A model generated the notes under the pieces. That model saw only the letters and a list, made by a program, of their open reading frames with translations. It had not been told where the DNA came from and did not search any database. 64,000 bases of DNA from an uncultured Thermoleophilia bacterium. GTDB taxonomy: Bacteria > Actinomycetota > Thermoleophilia > Gaiellales > Gaiellaceae. The stretch is from positions 3-64,002 of the forward strand of contig CAWHFK010000007.1 of NCBI GenBank assembly GCA_963828655.1, in the 5' to 3' direction. Positions 35,977 through 45,644 of this stretch are shown piece after piece. Position 1 is the stretch's first letter; each line of letters starts with the position of its first letter. A program made the translations under genes and the position numbers.

Positions 35977-36441
35977 ATGAAGGTCTTCAACCTCTACAAC
36001 GGCGACTTGGACAACTCGACGGAACGCGAGGGCTGGAACGTCAGGGCAGCGAAGGTCGGTGAGTACCTCGGCGGCGAATTGATCGGCGCAGGACTGTACG
36101 AGGCACAACCTGGCAACAAGGTCTGGCCGTATCACACGCATCACGCCAACGAGGAGTGGCTCCTCGTTGTCCGCGGTCGGCCCACCCTCCGCACGCCCGA
36201 GGGCGAGCGCCAGCTTGACGAAGGTGACGTCGTCTGCTTCCCGCGAGGCAAGGCGGGGGCGCATCAGGTCTGGAACGGAAGCGACTCCCCGATTCGTGTG
36301 CTCATGCTCTCGACACTCGTCGCTCCGGACATCGTCGAGTACCTCGATACGGGGAAGGTGGGCGCACGCAGCGTGGCGGGTGAACCAATCATGTTCGGCC
36401 GCCCGGGGCCCGAGCTCGATTACTGGGAAGGGGAGGAGTAA
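35977..36441 (+). CDS. Cupin domain protein
   Basis: WPYHTHHANEEWLLVVRG...GDVVCFPRGKAGAHQVWN covers cupin motifs 1 and 2. The ATG at 35977 has AAGGGGG upstream. Confidence 0.8.
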   Translation: MKVFNLYNGDLDNSTEREGWNVRAAKVGEYLGGELIGAGLYEAQPGNKVWPYHTHHANEEWLLVVRGRPTLRTPEGERQLDEGDVVCFPRGKAGAHQVWNGSDSPIRVLMLSTLVAPDIVEYLDTGKVGARSVAGEPIMFGRPGPELDYWEGEE

Positions 36442-36459
36442 TCACGTTCGGTCATCCTC

Positions 36460-36740
36460 GTGCCGGCACAGAAGTACCTCGCGTACCGGCTCGGTGCGAG
36501 CGACCTGTACCTGGTCGGCTACTCGAGCGTCTTCCTCATCGTGATCCTGCTGCTCCCACGGGGCATCCTGCCGTCGCTCACCGACCGGGGCCGACGGTTG
36601 CGTACCCGGAGGACGCCGCGCGAGACCCAGACCAAAGAGGTTGCCGCGTCGTGAGCGCACTCCTCGAGGTCGACGGAGCACACAAGCACTTCGGCGGCGT
36701 CGTTGCAGTCGGCGACTGCACGTTCAGCGTCGAGGAGGCG
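36460..36740 (+). pseudogene. Fragments of a branched-chain amino-acid ABC transporter (LivM C-terminus and LivG N-terminus)
   Basis: LYLVGYSSVFLIVILLLPRGILP (permease tail), a GTGA junction, then SALLEVDGAHKHFGGVVAVGDCTFSVEE (ATPase N-terminus). There is no Walker A after that. Confidence 0.5.
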
Positions 36741-37223
36741 ACCCGGCCGTGCCGAGCGCCTCCTGCTCGACGACGTAGGTGATGTCGACGCCGAGCTGCG
36801 TCTTGTTCCCATATGCGAGCTGCGAAAGCCCAGTGATACCCGGCCTCACCTTGAGGATCTCCGCATAGTCGCCGAGACAAAGCTCGACGAACCTCGGGTC
36901 CTCGGGACGAGGTCCGATCAGGCTCATCGCTCCGGTGAGGACATGCCAGAGCTGCGGCAGCTCATCGATTCGGAGCCCGACGAGCAGACGACCGACCCGC
37001 GTCAGGCGGTGAGCATCGCGAACTCGCGGCCCCCGTAGCCGACGCGAATGGTGCGGAAGAACAGCGGCCCTGGGCTGTCGAGCTTGATCGCGAGCGAGAC
37101 CAGTGCGAGCAGCGGGGAGAGAAGTACGAGGAGGGTCGATGCCGGCAAGAGGTCGAACGCACGCTTCAGAAGCGCATCGAAGCCAATGCGTGCCGTGCGT
37201 GCGCCGCTTGCCGGATCGATCAA
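36724..37223 (-). pseudogene. Bacterial sugar transferase (polyprenyl-phosphate glycosyl-1-phosphate transferase type), frameshifted and truncated
   Basis: LLKRAFDLL...LAIKLDSPGPLFFRTIRVG is in one frame and TRVGRLLVGLRIDELPQLWHVLTGAMSLIGPRPE...VRPGITGLSQ in another. The KFRTM segment is missing. Confidence 0.65.
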
Positions 37224-37551
37224 AACCTTTGGACTGTTCGTCGAACCACATCGCGGGAGAACGAAGAGTCGGCGGGTTGCTCGGTGTTGCGGCAGCCCCT
37301 CCTTCTTGCGTGGCGGCGATCAGCGCACCCGCGCGGGACGACCGAACAGTGGCGTCCAGAAGCCCACATGGCGATCGCACCAAGGCCGGACCTCGACCGT
37401 CTTCAGAAAGCCAAGTGCGCTATGGGTTCGAGGAACTCCGCCTCAACGAGATTGTCTCAATGAGGTCGTCGCTCAGCGAGATCGCCTGGGTAGGGTCCCG
37501 CGTAGTGCCGCCCGGTTATCGAGCGGCCCGCTTTGCGCTTTGCGGGAATCG

Positions 37552-37604
37552 GCCTCCTGGCGGCCACCACCCCGAAGCCTGTCGCTTCCTGGCCCGTTGA
37601 CCGA
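37552..37604 (+). repeat. Two units of the GGCCTCCTGGC...CCCGTTGACCG family
   Basis: Units at 37552-37572 and 37583-37604. Confidence 0.7.
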
Positions 37605-37671
37605 ACCCGAACCATCGAGCGGCGGCACGATCGGTGATCGTCACGCGTGAACTTGGTCCACTACGCTCTGA

Positions 37672-38109
37672 TTGATGATCGTTCGCTGGGCTGCGACCGG
37701 GCTGATGGTCCTCGTGCTGGGTTGCGGATGTGGGTCCTCGCGGTCTGGGGTGAGTACCGCGGATGTCTCCGTCAAGCAAGACCTGCTCCGTGGCGTCGAG
37801 GAGATTCAGACGACCCACGATCGGCAAAGGCTCGACGCCCAACTGGGCCGCATCATCGCGAGTCTTCGTGGTGAGCGCGGGTCTACGGCGGTAGTGGAGC
37901 GGGCGAGACAGATGGCCCTCCTCGGGTTCGGGCTGACCCAGAAGGGAGTCAGGAGTCAGATCGATTTCAGCGAGAACGACAGCGGGGAGGTTGCGGCGGC
38001 GGCGCGGGATGCAAGACGGGCCGACCGCTTCCTGGGGCGAGGTGCAAATCGGATTCGAATGGCCGGGCTGGCGTTCGGGATTCGGATCCGCACGCTCGAC
38101 GGGTATTGA
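37672..38109 (+). CDS. Putative lipoprotein
   Basis: Signal sequence with the lipobox-like LVLGCGC, followed by a helical soluble domain. No family recognised. Confidence 0.5.
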   Translation: MMIVRWAATGLMVLVLGCGCGSSRSGVSTADVSVKQDLLRGVEEIQTTHDRQRLDAQLGRIIASLRGERGSTAVVERARQMALLGFGLTQKGVRSQIDFSENDSGEVAAAARDARRADRFLGRGANRIRMAGLAFGIRIRTLDGY

Positions 38110-38293
38110 GCCGACCGCGAAGCGAGGCACGGCGGGCTCATGGCGACCTCGGCGGCGGCTCCACGTTCCGCGGGGCCGTCGCCTTGGTCGCTTCGCCTCC
38201 AGTCCCCCCGGAAGACGGCCGCAAGGTTGAGTCCACGCTACTCCATCCCCCAGCTGAGTCAATAGACCGCGCGAACCGCCGCATAGTGTTCGA

Positions 38294-40363
38294 TCAGGCG
38301 GCCGCGACGCTTACGCGGCTGCCCTGGATTTGCGCGTCCCATGACCGCCCGAAGGCGCGGACGCCCTCCAAGGCAATCGCGCCGATCCATGTGGGCAGGT
38401 CGGGCGGCGCAACGGTCTCCAGCGTGCGCCTGGCACGGTTCGGCTGCAGCCCGAGCAGCACTTGCAGGAGCAGAACGGCTGTTCCCGCGCCCCAGGCCTG
38501 CGGATGCGCCGCTGCCGGGTACGCGATCGGGAAGGGCGCCTCCGCCCGCGGCGTCCCGGCGAAGACCTCGGGAAGCTCGAAGTCGAAGTGTGCGGCTGCC
38601 TCGAGCAGGCCATGTGCGATCCGGTGCGCCTCCGGCCATCGCCCGTACCGCGCGAGACCAAGCGCGATCAGCGAACCATCGTGCGGCCAGACCGAACCGT
38701 TGTGATAGCCGATCGGGTTGTAGGCGGCGTCGCCGGTGGCCATGGTTCGGATCCCCCACCCCGACCAGAGCTCGTCCCCCATCAGGGCTTCGACGATCGC
38801 TCCCACCCGTCGCTCCGAGACGATGCCGCTCCAGAGCAGATGCCCGATGTTCGAGCAGAGCGAATCGACCTGCCGCTTCTCGCCGTCGAGTGCGAGAGCG
38901 AAGTAACCGCCCCTCCGGTCGACCCAGTACGCCTCGTCGAAGCGGTCGCGGAGCTCGGTGGCCTCGCGGTCGAGCCGATCGGCAAGCGTCGGCTCATCCC
39001 AGGCGTCCCGCGCGATCTCGGCGAGTCGCCGCTTCGCATCGAACACGTAGCCCTGTACCTCGCACGGCGCAATCGGCGTCTGGGCGAGACGTCCGTCCGA
39101 GAAACGCTGCGAGTCACCCGAGTCCTTCCACGACTGGTTCGGCAGACCTCGGCTCGTCCGCCGCTCGTATTCGACGAATCCGTCGCCGTCGCGGTCGCCG
39201 AACCGGTCGATCCAGTCGAGGGCGGCGAGCGCCGGCCCTTTGAATCGCGCGACAAGCGTCAGGTCGCCGGTCCACCGCCAGAGCTCGGACAGAAGGACGA
39301 GGTAGAGCGGTGTCGCGTCAACCGACCCGTAGTACCGCGGGAACCAGGTGTGCGCGGCCTTCCCTCGACGCAGCTCGTGAATGATCTTCCCCGGCTCGGC
39401 GTCGATCGAGGGGTCATCCTCGGTTGCCTGGAACTCAGCCAGGGCCTCGAGAGCAGCGCGCGCGCGCTCCGGGCCGATCATCAGCGTCTGCAGCGAAGAG
39501 ATGATCGTGTCGCGGCCGAAGATCGTCATGAACCACGGCATGCCGGCGGCCGGCAGGCTGCCCGGCGTGCCCGCGTCTCGCAGCCGGAGCGCGGCGAGGT
39601 CCGCCCCTGACCGTTCGTAGGCGCGCTGGAGCGTGTCCCAGGAGGCGCGAAGCTGCGGCAGCTCGCCCTCCCATGCTGCGAGCGATTCGCGGAGGCGCCG
39701 CCGCTCGTCGTCGAAGTGGCGCTCGAGTTGCGGGCGCGGCCGGCGTCGGACGTCGGCTGAGAGCGGGGCAACGTCAAGACGGAGCTCCCAGCTCTCGCGA
39801 GGCGCAAGCGCGACGCGCCAGCAGAGGCGATTGCCGTCGACCTCCGCGGCGCGCGAAAGCACAACCTGCGTCTCCGCCGTTGCTCCGCGCTCGGTCTCCG
39901 AGAGGAGCAGCTCTCTGCCGTCGTCGTCAACTCGACAGTCTCCCGGCGCCGGCAAGGGTCGCACGCCAGCCGCCGTCCCGCCCGCGAGCTCATGCTCCTT
40001 CACGGTGATGATGTCCGCGAAGTCGGCTTCCAGTTCCAGGGCGAGTTCGAAGGTGACCGGCTCGACGGTCTGACTCCGAACGGCGAGGTGATCCTGCATT
40101 CCCCCACCGACGAATCGCCTCCGGCTGATCAGGAGCGCGTTCTGCGGCAGGGTGCCTGTAGGGGAGTTCCGCAGGTAGAAGGCCGCCCAGAAGTACTCGA
40201 TGTTCCGGGAGGTCAGGAGTAGCGGGCGGAGACCGTCGAGGGTGAGCAGAAGCCGGGAAAGGTGGCGCGTGTCGTCGGCGAAGAGCCCCGCGGCTCCGTT
40301 TACGAAGTCGCCCAACTGGTCGCAGATGCAGAAGGTCGAGCCGTCCAGGACTGTCAGTTGCAC
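38294..40363 (-). CDS. Amylo-alpha-1,6-glucosidase / glycogen-debranching-enzyme family protein
   Basis: GTG start at VQLTVLDGSTF. LFADDTRHLS (N-domain). FGRDT, YYGSVDATPLY, GYHNGSVWPHD (GDE_C-type catalytic domain). Confidence 0.85.
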   Translation of the reverse strand: MQLTVLDGSTFCICDQLGDFVNGAAGLFADDTRHLSRLLLTLDGLRPLLLTSRNIEYFWAAFYLRNSPTGTLPQNALLISRRRFVGGGMQDHLAVRSQTVEPVTFELALELEADFADIITVKEHELAGGTAAGVRPLPAPGDCRVDDDGRELLLSETERGATAETQVVLSRAAEVDGNRLCWRVALAPRESWELRLDVAPLSADVRRRPRPQLERHFDDERRRLRESLAAWEGELPQLRASWDTLQRAYERSGADLAALRLRDAGTPGSLPAAGMPWFMTIFGRDTIISSLQTLMIGPERARAALEALAEFQATEDDPSIDAEPGKIIHELRRGKAAHTWFPRYYGSVDATPLYLVLLSELWRWTGDLTLVARFKGPALAALDWIDRFGDRDGDGFVEYERRTSRGLPNQSWKDSGDSQRFSDGRLAQTPIAPCEVQGYVFDAKRRLAEIARDAWDEPTLADRLDREATELRDRFDEAYWVDRRGGYFALALDGEKRQVDSLCSNIGHLLWSGIVSERRVGAIVEALMGDELWSGWGIRTMATGDAAYNPIGYHNGSVWPHDGSLIALGLARYGRWPEAHRIAHGLLEAAAHFDFELPEVFAGTPRAEAPFPIAYPAAAHPQAWGAGTAVLLLQVLLGLQPNRARRTLETVAPPDLPTWIGAIALEGVRAFGRSWDAQIQGSRVSVAAA

Positions 40364-40394
40364 CGATGCATCATGACCAGAAGGGACGTCCCGT

Positions 40395-41648
40395 ATGGCG
40401 GACCCAGCCTCGAACCAAGTAAGCTCGTTTGGACACCAGGGGGCTCCAGGCTTGGCGACGATCGAATTCGACAAGGTCTCGAAAGTCTTCGACGACGGTA
40501 CCCAGGCTGTCTTCGACCTCGATCTGGCGATCGCGGACGGGGAGTTGATGGTGATGGTCGGCCCGTCGGGCTGCGGCAAGACAACTGCGCTGCGGATGGT
40601 CGCGGGCCTCGAGGAGATCACGGACGGAGAGCTCCGCATCGACGACCAGGTCGTGAACGACCTCACACCGAAAGAGCGAGACATCGCGATGGTGTTTCAG
40701 AACTACGCGCTGTATCCGCACATGACCGTCGAGGAGAATCTCGCCTTCGGGCTGAAGCTCCGCAAACTGCCGAAAGAGGAGGTCACGAAGCGGGTCAAGG
40801 ACGCTGCCACGGCCCTCGAGATCGAGGAGTTCCTCAAGCGGAAGCCGCGGGCGCTTTCCGGCGGCCAGCGCCAGCGCGTGGCGATGGGGCGTGCAATCGT
40901 CCGCGAGCCGCACGCGTTCCTGATGGACGAACCTCTGTCGAATCTCGACGCCAAGCTGCGGGTGCAGATGCGCGCGGAGATCCATCAGCTGCAGCGCCGG
41001 CTCGGCGTGACGACGATCTACGTCACTCACGACCAGGTCGAGGCAATGACGATGGGCGATCGGGTTTCAGTCATGCGCGGCGGACGCCTGCAGCAGGTCG
41101 ACACGCCGCAGGTGCTCTACGACCAACCGGTCAACGAGTTCGTCGCCGGATTCATCGGCTCGCCCTCGATCAACCTGGTCGAGGCCGGACTGGAGCGACA
41201 GAACGGCGGTTTCGCCGTGACCTTCGGCAACCACCGACTATCCGTCGACGAACGGTCGGCGAGGAACCGCTCCGGACTCACGAACTACGTCGGACGCACT
41301 CTGATCCTGGGGATCAGGCCCGAAGACTTGGAGGACGCAAGCCTCCAGCCGGATGCACCTGCGGACCGTCGAATCAAGACCGTTGCCGTCCTGACGGAGC
41401 CGCTCGGCGCAGAGGTGCTCGTCCACTTCGCGACCTCGGCGGTCGGAGTCGTCTCGAGTGCGATCGAAGAGCAGGCGGCCGACGCCGAAGTCCATTTCGG
41501 CGGCGGCGATGAAGCAGATGAGGGGAAGACCCGTCTGGTCGCCCGAGTCAGCCCGAGGACGCGTATCGCCGAGCAGCAGCCGATCGAACTCGCGGTCGAC
41601 ACGAGTCGCCTGTACTTCTTCGACCCCGAGACCCGCGACCGCATCTAG
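40395..41648 (+). CDS. Sugar ABC transporter ATP-binding protein (MalK/UgpC/MsiK-like)
   Basis: [30 protein letters not shown] and a C-terminal regulatory/TOBE-like domain. An alternative TTG start at 40452 gives MalK-like [12 protein letters not shown]. Confidence 0.9.
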   Translation: MADPASNQVSSFGHQGAPGLATIEFDKVSKVFDDGTQAVFDLDLAIADGELMVMVGPSGCGKTTALRMVAGLEEITDGELRIDDQVVNDLTPKERDIAMVFQNYALYPHMTVEENLAFGLKLRKLPKEEVTKRVKDAATALEIEEFLKRKPRALSGGQRQRVAMGRAIVREPHAFLMDEPLSNLDAKLRVQMRAEIHQLQRRLGVTTIYVTHDQVEAMTMGDRVSVMRGGRLQQVDTPQVLYDQPVNEFVAGFIGSPSINLVEAGLERQNGGFAVTFGNHRLSVDERSARNRSGLTNYVGRTLILGIRPEDLEDASLQPDAPADRRIKTVAVLTEPLGAEVLVHFATSAVGVVSSAIEEQAADAEVHFGGGDEADEGKTRLVARVSPRTRIAEQQPIELAVDTSRLYFFDPETRDRI

Positions 41649-41683
41649 CCGAGACTCGGAGCGGCCACTGCCCGACGGACTCG

Positions 41684-42586
41684 TCAGCCCTTGACAGCTC
41701 CGGCCGTCAAGCCGGCGAGGATGCGGCGCTGCAGCGCGAGCGTGATCAAGATCAGCGGCAAGGTGACGACAACGGTCGCCGCCATGATCTCGCCCCACGG
41801 AATCTGAAACGCGCTCCCCGTCTTGCCGGTGAACGTCGTGATCGCGACGGTCACCGTGTGCTTGTCGGGGGTCTCCGTGAAGGAGAGCGCAAAGAGGAAC
41901 TCCTGCCAGGCCGCGATGAAGGCCAGCAGCCCTGCAGTAACGAGGCCCGGAGCGACCAGCGGCAGCATCACCTTGTAGAAGACCTGGAACGGCGTCGCGC
42001 CGTCGATGTAGGCGGCTTCCTCGAGGTCTTTTGGCAGCGCCCGCATGAACGTCGTCAGGATCCACACCGTCAGCGGAAGCACGATGACCATGTCGCTGAA
42101 GATCAGCGCGTACAGCGTGTTGTAGAGATGGAAGCGATTGATCAATGTGTAGAGGGCGCCGAGGATCGCGATCTGCGGAAAGATCGTCATCGACAGCATC
42201 AGGTAGAGCGCCGTCGAGCGGCCCCGGAAGCGAAAGCGCCCGAGGGCGTATCCGGCCAGCGATCCGAGGGCGAGCGCGATGATCGTGATCGAGCCGGCGA
42301 CGATCGTCGAGTTGATCATCGCACGCTGAAAGTCGCTGCTCGAGAGTACAGCGCTGAAGTTGGACCAGGTCGGATTCCTCGGCCAGTACTGCACGGGCGT
42401 CCTGAACAGCTCGGAGTCCGGGGTAAACGCGGACCGAACGGCCCAGTAGAACGGGAACCCGATGTACACGATGATGATCACGACCAGCATGAGGAATGGG
42501 ACGCGCTTCACGAAACGCCTGCCACGACGACGCCGCACCCGTGTCCGCGCCTCCGTTCTCGACGCGGCTTCAGCGACCGTGCTCAT
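41684..42586 (-). CDS. Carbohydrate ABC transporter permease (MalG-like)
   Basis: 6-TM permease with the EAA loop LEEAAYIDGATPFQVFYKVMLP. Confidence 0.9.
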   Translation of the reverse strand: MSTVAEAASRTEARTRVRRRRGRRFVKRVPFLMLVVIIIVYIGFPFYWAVRSAFTPDSELFRTPVQYWPRNPTWSNFSAVLSSSDFQRAMINSTIVAGSITIIALALGSLAGYALGRFRFRGRSTALYLMLSMTIFPQIAILGALYTLINRFHLYNTLYALIFSDMVIVLPLTVWILTTFMRALPKDLEEAAYIDGATPFQVFYKVMLPLVAPGLVTAGLLAFIAAWQEFLFALSFTETPDKHTVTVAITTFTGKTGSAFQIPWGEIMAATVVVTLPLILITLALQRRILAGLTAGAVKG

Positions 42587-43530
42587 TGCTCTTCGACCCT
42601 GATGAACGTGACGTAGATGACGACGAAGATGGCGATGATGAAGAAGATTGCAACGCTGATCGCGGCGCCGTAACCGACGTTTCCGACCGAGACGATGGTG
42701 TTCTGGTCGTAGATCGCCATGGTCTGCGTGTCGACGCGATTCCCGAAGAAGACGTAGAAGACGTCGAAGACCCGGAGCGCGTCGAGCGTCCGGAAGATGA
42801 GGGCGACAAGGATCGCCGGACGCAGAAGGGGCAGCGTGATCCGCCAGAACTGCCGGAGCTTGCTCGCACCGTCGACGTCTGCAGCCTCGTAGAGGTCACT
42901 CGGGATGACCTGGAGGCCTGCGAGGAGCAGGAGCGCGACGAACGGTGTCGTCTTCCAGATGTCCACCGCGCACACGCTGGCGAGGGCCGTGCTCGGTTGC
43001 GAGATCCACGCAACCGAGTGATGGAGAATGTGCAGACGAACTCCAAGGTCGTTGATGACGCCGAAGATGTCGTCGTACATCCACTTCCACATCTGGGCGG
43101 CGACCACTGTCGGAATCGCCCACGGAATGAGCATGACGGCGCGCATCACGCCGCGGCCCTTGAAGTTGGAGTTCACGACCAGCGCGATGATGAGGCCGAG
43201 CACGAACTCGAAGCTGACGGTGATGACGGTGAACTTCACGGTCGTCACGATCGAGTCGCGGAAGATCGTGTCGTGGATCAGTGTCCTGTAATTGGCCAGG
43301 CCGATCCACTTCGTCGGTTCGAGCGCGAGGAACTGCTTGTCCGTGAAGCTCTGGAAGATCGTCACCCCGAGCGGATACAGCGCCACCAGCGCGACCACGA
43401 TGAGCGCGGGGCCGAGCATGATCCACGCGAGGCGTGTCTGCTTCCGCTGGAGCCGCCCCGCCCGCCGACGATGGCGGCGCGGCCGGCGGCCGGCGGTGGC
43501 AATGTCGTCGTAGATCTCCGGAGCGTCCAT
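42583..43530 (-). CDS. Carbohydrate ABC transporter permease (MalF-like)
   Basis: EAA loop LYEAADVDGASKLRQFWRITLP. 4-nt overlap with the next permease gene. Confidence 0.9.
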   Translation of the reverse strand: MDAPEIYDDIATAGRRPRRHRRRAGRLQRKQTRLAWIMLGPALIVVALVALYPLGVTIFQSFTDKQFLALEPTKWIGLANYRTLIHDTIFRDSIVTTVKFTVITVSFEFVLGLIIALVVNSNFKGRGVMRAVMLIPWAIPTVVAAQMWKWMYDDIFGVINDLGVRLHILHHSVAWISQPSTALASVCAVDIWKTTPFVALLLLAGLQVIPSDLYEAADVDGASKLRQFWRITLPLLRPAILVALIFRTLDALRVFDVFYVFFGNRVDTQTMAIYDQNTIVSVGNVGYGAAISVAIFFIIAIFVVIYVTFIRVEEQ

Positions 43531-43548
43531 CAGCGGTCAGGTGGGACG

Positions 43549-43578
43549 GCGGGAGGACGGGCATGCCCGTCCTCCCGC
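43549..43578. promoter_or_regulatory. Perfect 30-nt palindrome between the binding-protein and permease genes
   Basis: GCGGGAGGACGGGCATGCCCGTCCTCCCGC is its own reverse complement. Intercistronic within a minus-strand operon. Confidence 0.6.
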
Positions 43579-43597
43579 GACTTCTCTACAGGTCGAG

Positions 43598-44944
43598 CTA
43601 CTTGATGAGCGGTTTCAACTGGGCCGCTATTCCGGGCAGCACCGACGACGCCGGCGCCCCGTTCTCGATCCGGTTGATGCCCTGGTAGATGATCTGCGAG
43701 CCCTGCGCATAGTGCGTCTTCAGGAAGCTCGCAGGCCGTGTCGCCCGTGCCACCGTCGCGATCGCAGGCAGTAGGTACGGGTTGGCCTTGACGACCGCAG
43801 GATCCTTCGCGACCGACGGGATCGTCGGCACGTTGGTGTTGAAGATCGCGTCGTACCGCTCGACGATCGGGCTCGTCAGATACCGAACCCACTCGATCGC
43901 GGCCTGTTGGTGCTTCGAGTACTTCGAGACAGCAACCTGCCAGCCGCCGACCGTCCCGACCGAGACGGCGCCGTTCTCGTGCGGGAGCACCGTGACGGCG
44001 AACTTCCCGTCGACCGCCGTGCCCTTGCTCGCGCTGTAGGCATACGGCCAGTTGCGCATGAACGCCGCGTTGCCGTTGTCGAAGGCGTTCCTCGCGTCCT
44101 CCTCCTGGTAGGAGGTGACGCCGCGGGGAGCAATCGTGCCGACCCAGCCGCGGACCATATCGAGGATCCCGGCAGCCTTCTTGTTGTTGATCGTCACGAC
44201 GCCGTTGCGGATGATGTTGCCGCCGCCCGACGAGGCGATCCATTCGAGCGCGTCACAGGTGAGGCCCTCGTAAGCGTTCCCCTGCCAGACGAACCCATAG
44301 AAGTTCGGGTTGGTCGCCTGCTCGCCGTCCTGGATCTTCTTCGCCATCTGCCCGAGCTCGGTCCACGTCTTCGGCGGCGCCGAGTACCCGTACTTCTTGA
44401 GCAGGTCGGTGCGGTAGTAGAGGATCCCGAAGTCGCCGAACCACGGCATCGCGACGAGCTTCCCGTCGACGGTGTCGTTCTGGATGATGCCCTGGGCGTG
44501 CAGCTTCGCCTGCGAGCCGAGAGCCGGTTTCAGATTGACCAGGAACGGTGCGAAGGCGCCCGGCCAGACGACATCGAGCATCGCCACGTCGATCGACGAC
44601 GAGTGGGACGAGAAGGCCCGGGCGAGCTGCGCGTAGGCTGCGTCCGACGCCGTCGGATGTGGGACAACCTTGACCTTGATGCCAGTGGCCGCCGAGAACC
44701 TCTTGGCGAGCGCGATGTCGCGCGTGTGGCTCGACCCCACAGCGTTGTCGCCAATGAAGGTGATCGACTGCCCGCCGTACTTCTTCCTGATCGCGGGCGC
44801 GTTCGGGACCGCGGGCGGAACGATCGCGGCGACGGAAGCTATCTTCGCCGGCTTCGTCGTTCCCGCCGTCGCGATGCTCAGCGAGACGAGCAGGGCCAAC
44901 AGGGCGACAGCCCCTGCCACTGGAACCAGTACACGGGGTTTCAC
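43598..44944 (-). CDS. Sugar ABC transporter substrate-binding protein (family 1)
   Basis: GTG start at VKPRVLVPVAG with a signal peptide. Size and motifs fit extracellular solute-binding family 1. First gene of the operon. Confidence 0.85.
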   Translation of the reverse strand: MKPRVLVPVAGAVALLALLVSLSIATAGTTKPAKIASVAAIVPPAVPNAPAIRKKYGGQSITFIGDNAVGSSHTRDIALAKRFSAATGIKVKVVPHPTASDAAYAQLARAFSSHSSSIDVAMLDVVWPGAFAPFLVNLKPALGSQAKLHAQGIIQNDTVDGKLVAMPWFGDFGILYYRTDLLKKYGYSAPPKTWTELGQMAKKIQDGEQATNPNFYGFVWQGNAYEGLTCDALEWIASSGGGNIIRNGVVTINNKKAAGILDMVRGWVGTIAPRGVTSYQEEDARNAFDNGNAAFMRNWPYAYSASKGTAVDGKFAVTVLPHENGAVSVGTVGGWQVAVSKYSKHQQAAIEWVRYLTSPIVERYDAIFNTNVPTIPSVAKDPAVVKANPYLLPAIATVARATRPASFLKTHYAQGSQIIYQGINRIENGAPASSVLPGIAAQLKPLIK

Positions 44945-45168
44945 GTGTCTCACGTTCCTTTCTCTCGGACTCGGCCTGAAGGCCGCGGGCACAAGAGGGG
45001 GGTTAAGACGAGACTAACACCCATCTCGCCATGGTCAAACAGACAGTCCGTCCGCCGCGGCGAGACGCAGCTGCACCACCAGAACTGCCAAATCCAGCGA
45101 CTGGTAGCTCCCGCGGGCTGCACGGAACCGCGCTTACGCGGGTCAGGCTCTCGTGCCGCTCCGAATGC

Positions 45169-45220
45169 GGCCTCCCGGCGGAATGCCCGAAGCGTGCCTG
45201 GCCTCCTGACCCGTTGACCG
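45169..45220 (+). repeat. Two units of the GGCCTCC...CCCGTTGACCG family
   Basis: Units at 45169-45190 (degenerate) and 45200-45220 (GGCCTCCTGACCCGTTGACCG). Confidence 0.7.
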
Positions 45221-45314
45221 GCGCACTGGCCGAGGCTCGCCTGGGCGCGCGATCCGGAATCACCGGGCTGGCCGAGGGTTCGGGATTGGCGCCTGGCGGC
45301 TACCGCGAACGGCT

Positions 45315-45644
45315 CTAGCCCCAGGGCAGTCGTGACCAGTACGACGGGCGCTCTCGCCGGAAACGCTCGGCCGTCGCGTATACCTGCTCCGGATCGGATG
45401 TCTCTTCCTCCACACTCGCGCCGTAGCGCGCTGCGAGGTCCGACACGGGATAGCGCACTTCCGGGCTTACGTGCGCGCCAACCATCAAGACCACACACGG
45501 TGCGTCGCCAGCGCCCACGAAGGCATGCTCCGTCCAGGGAGGCGAATGGAAGAAGTCCCAGGCTCGGAGAAGTCGCTCCTCGCCCTCGCTTCGTTCACCT
45601 AACAGATTCTCGCAGTCCGAGCGACGGCTGTCTCGCCTGGGCGG
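45315..45644 (-). pseudogene. 5-prime-truncated cupin gene
   Basis: The open frame reads CENLLGERSEGEERLLRAWDFFHSPPWTEHAFVGAGDAPCVVLMVG (cupin motif 2 region). There is no start codon before the GTG at 45518 and no motif 1. Confidence 0.6.

Noticed and set aside
37420-37445. GGGTTCGAGG, a tRNA T-arm-like sequence.
   Set aside because: No acceptor or anticodon stems can be drawn. The region translates as RYGFEELRLNEIVS, a GNAT fragment.
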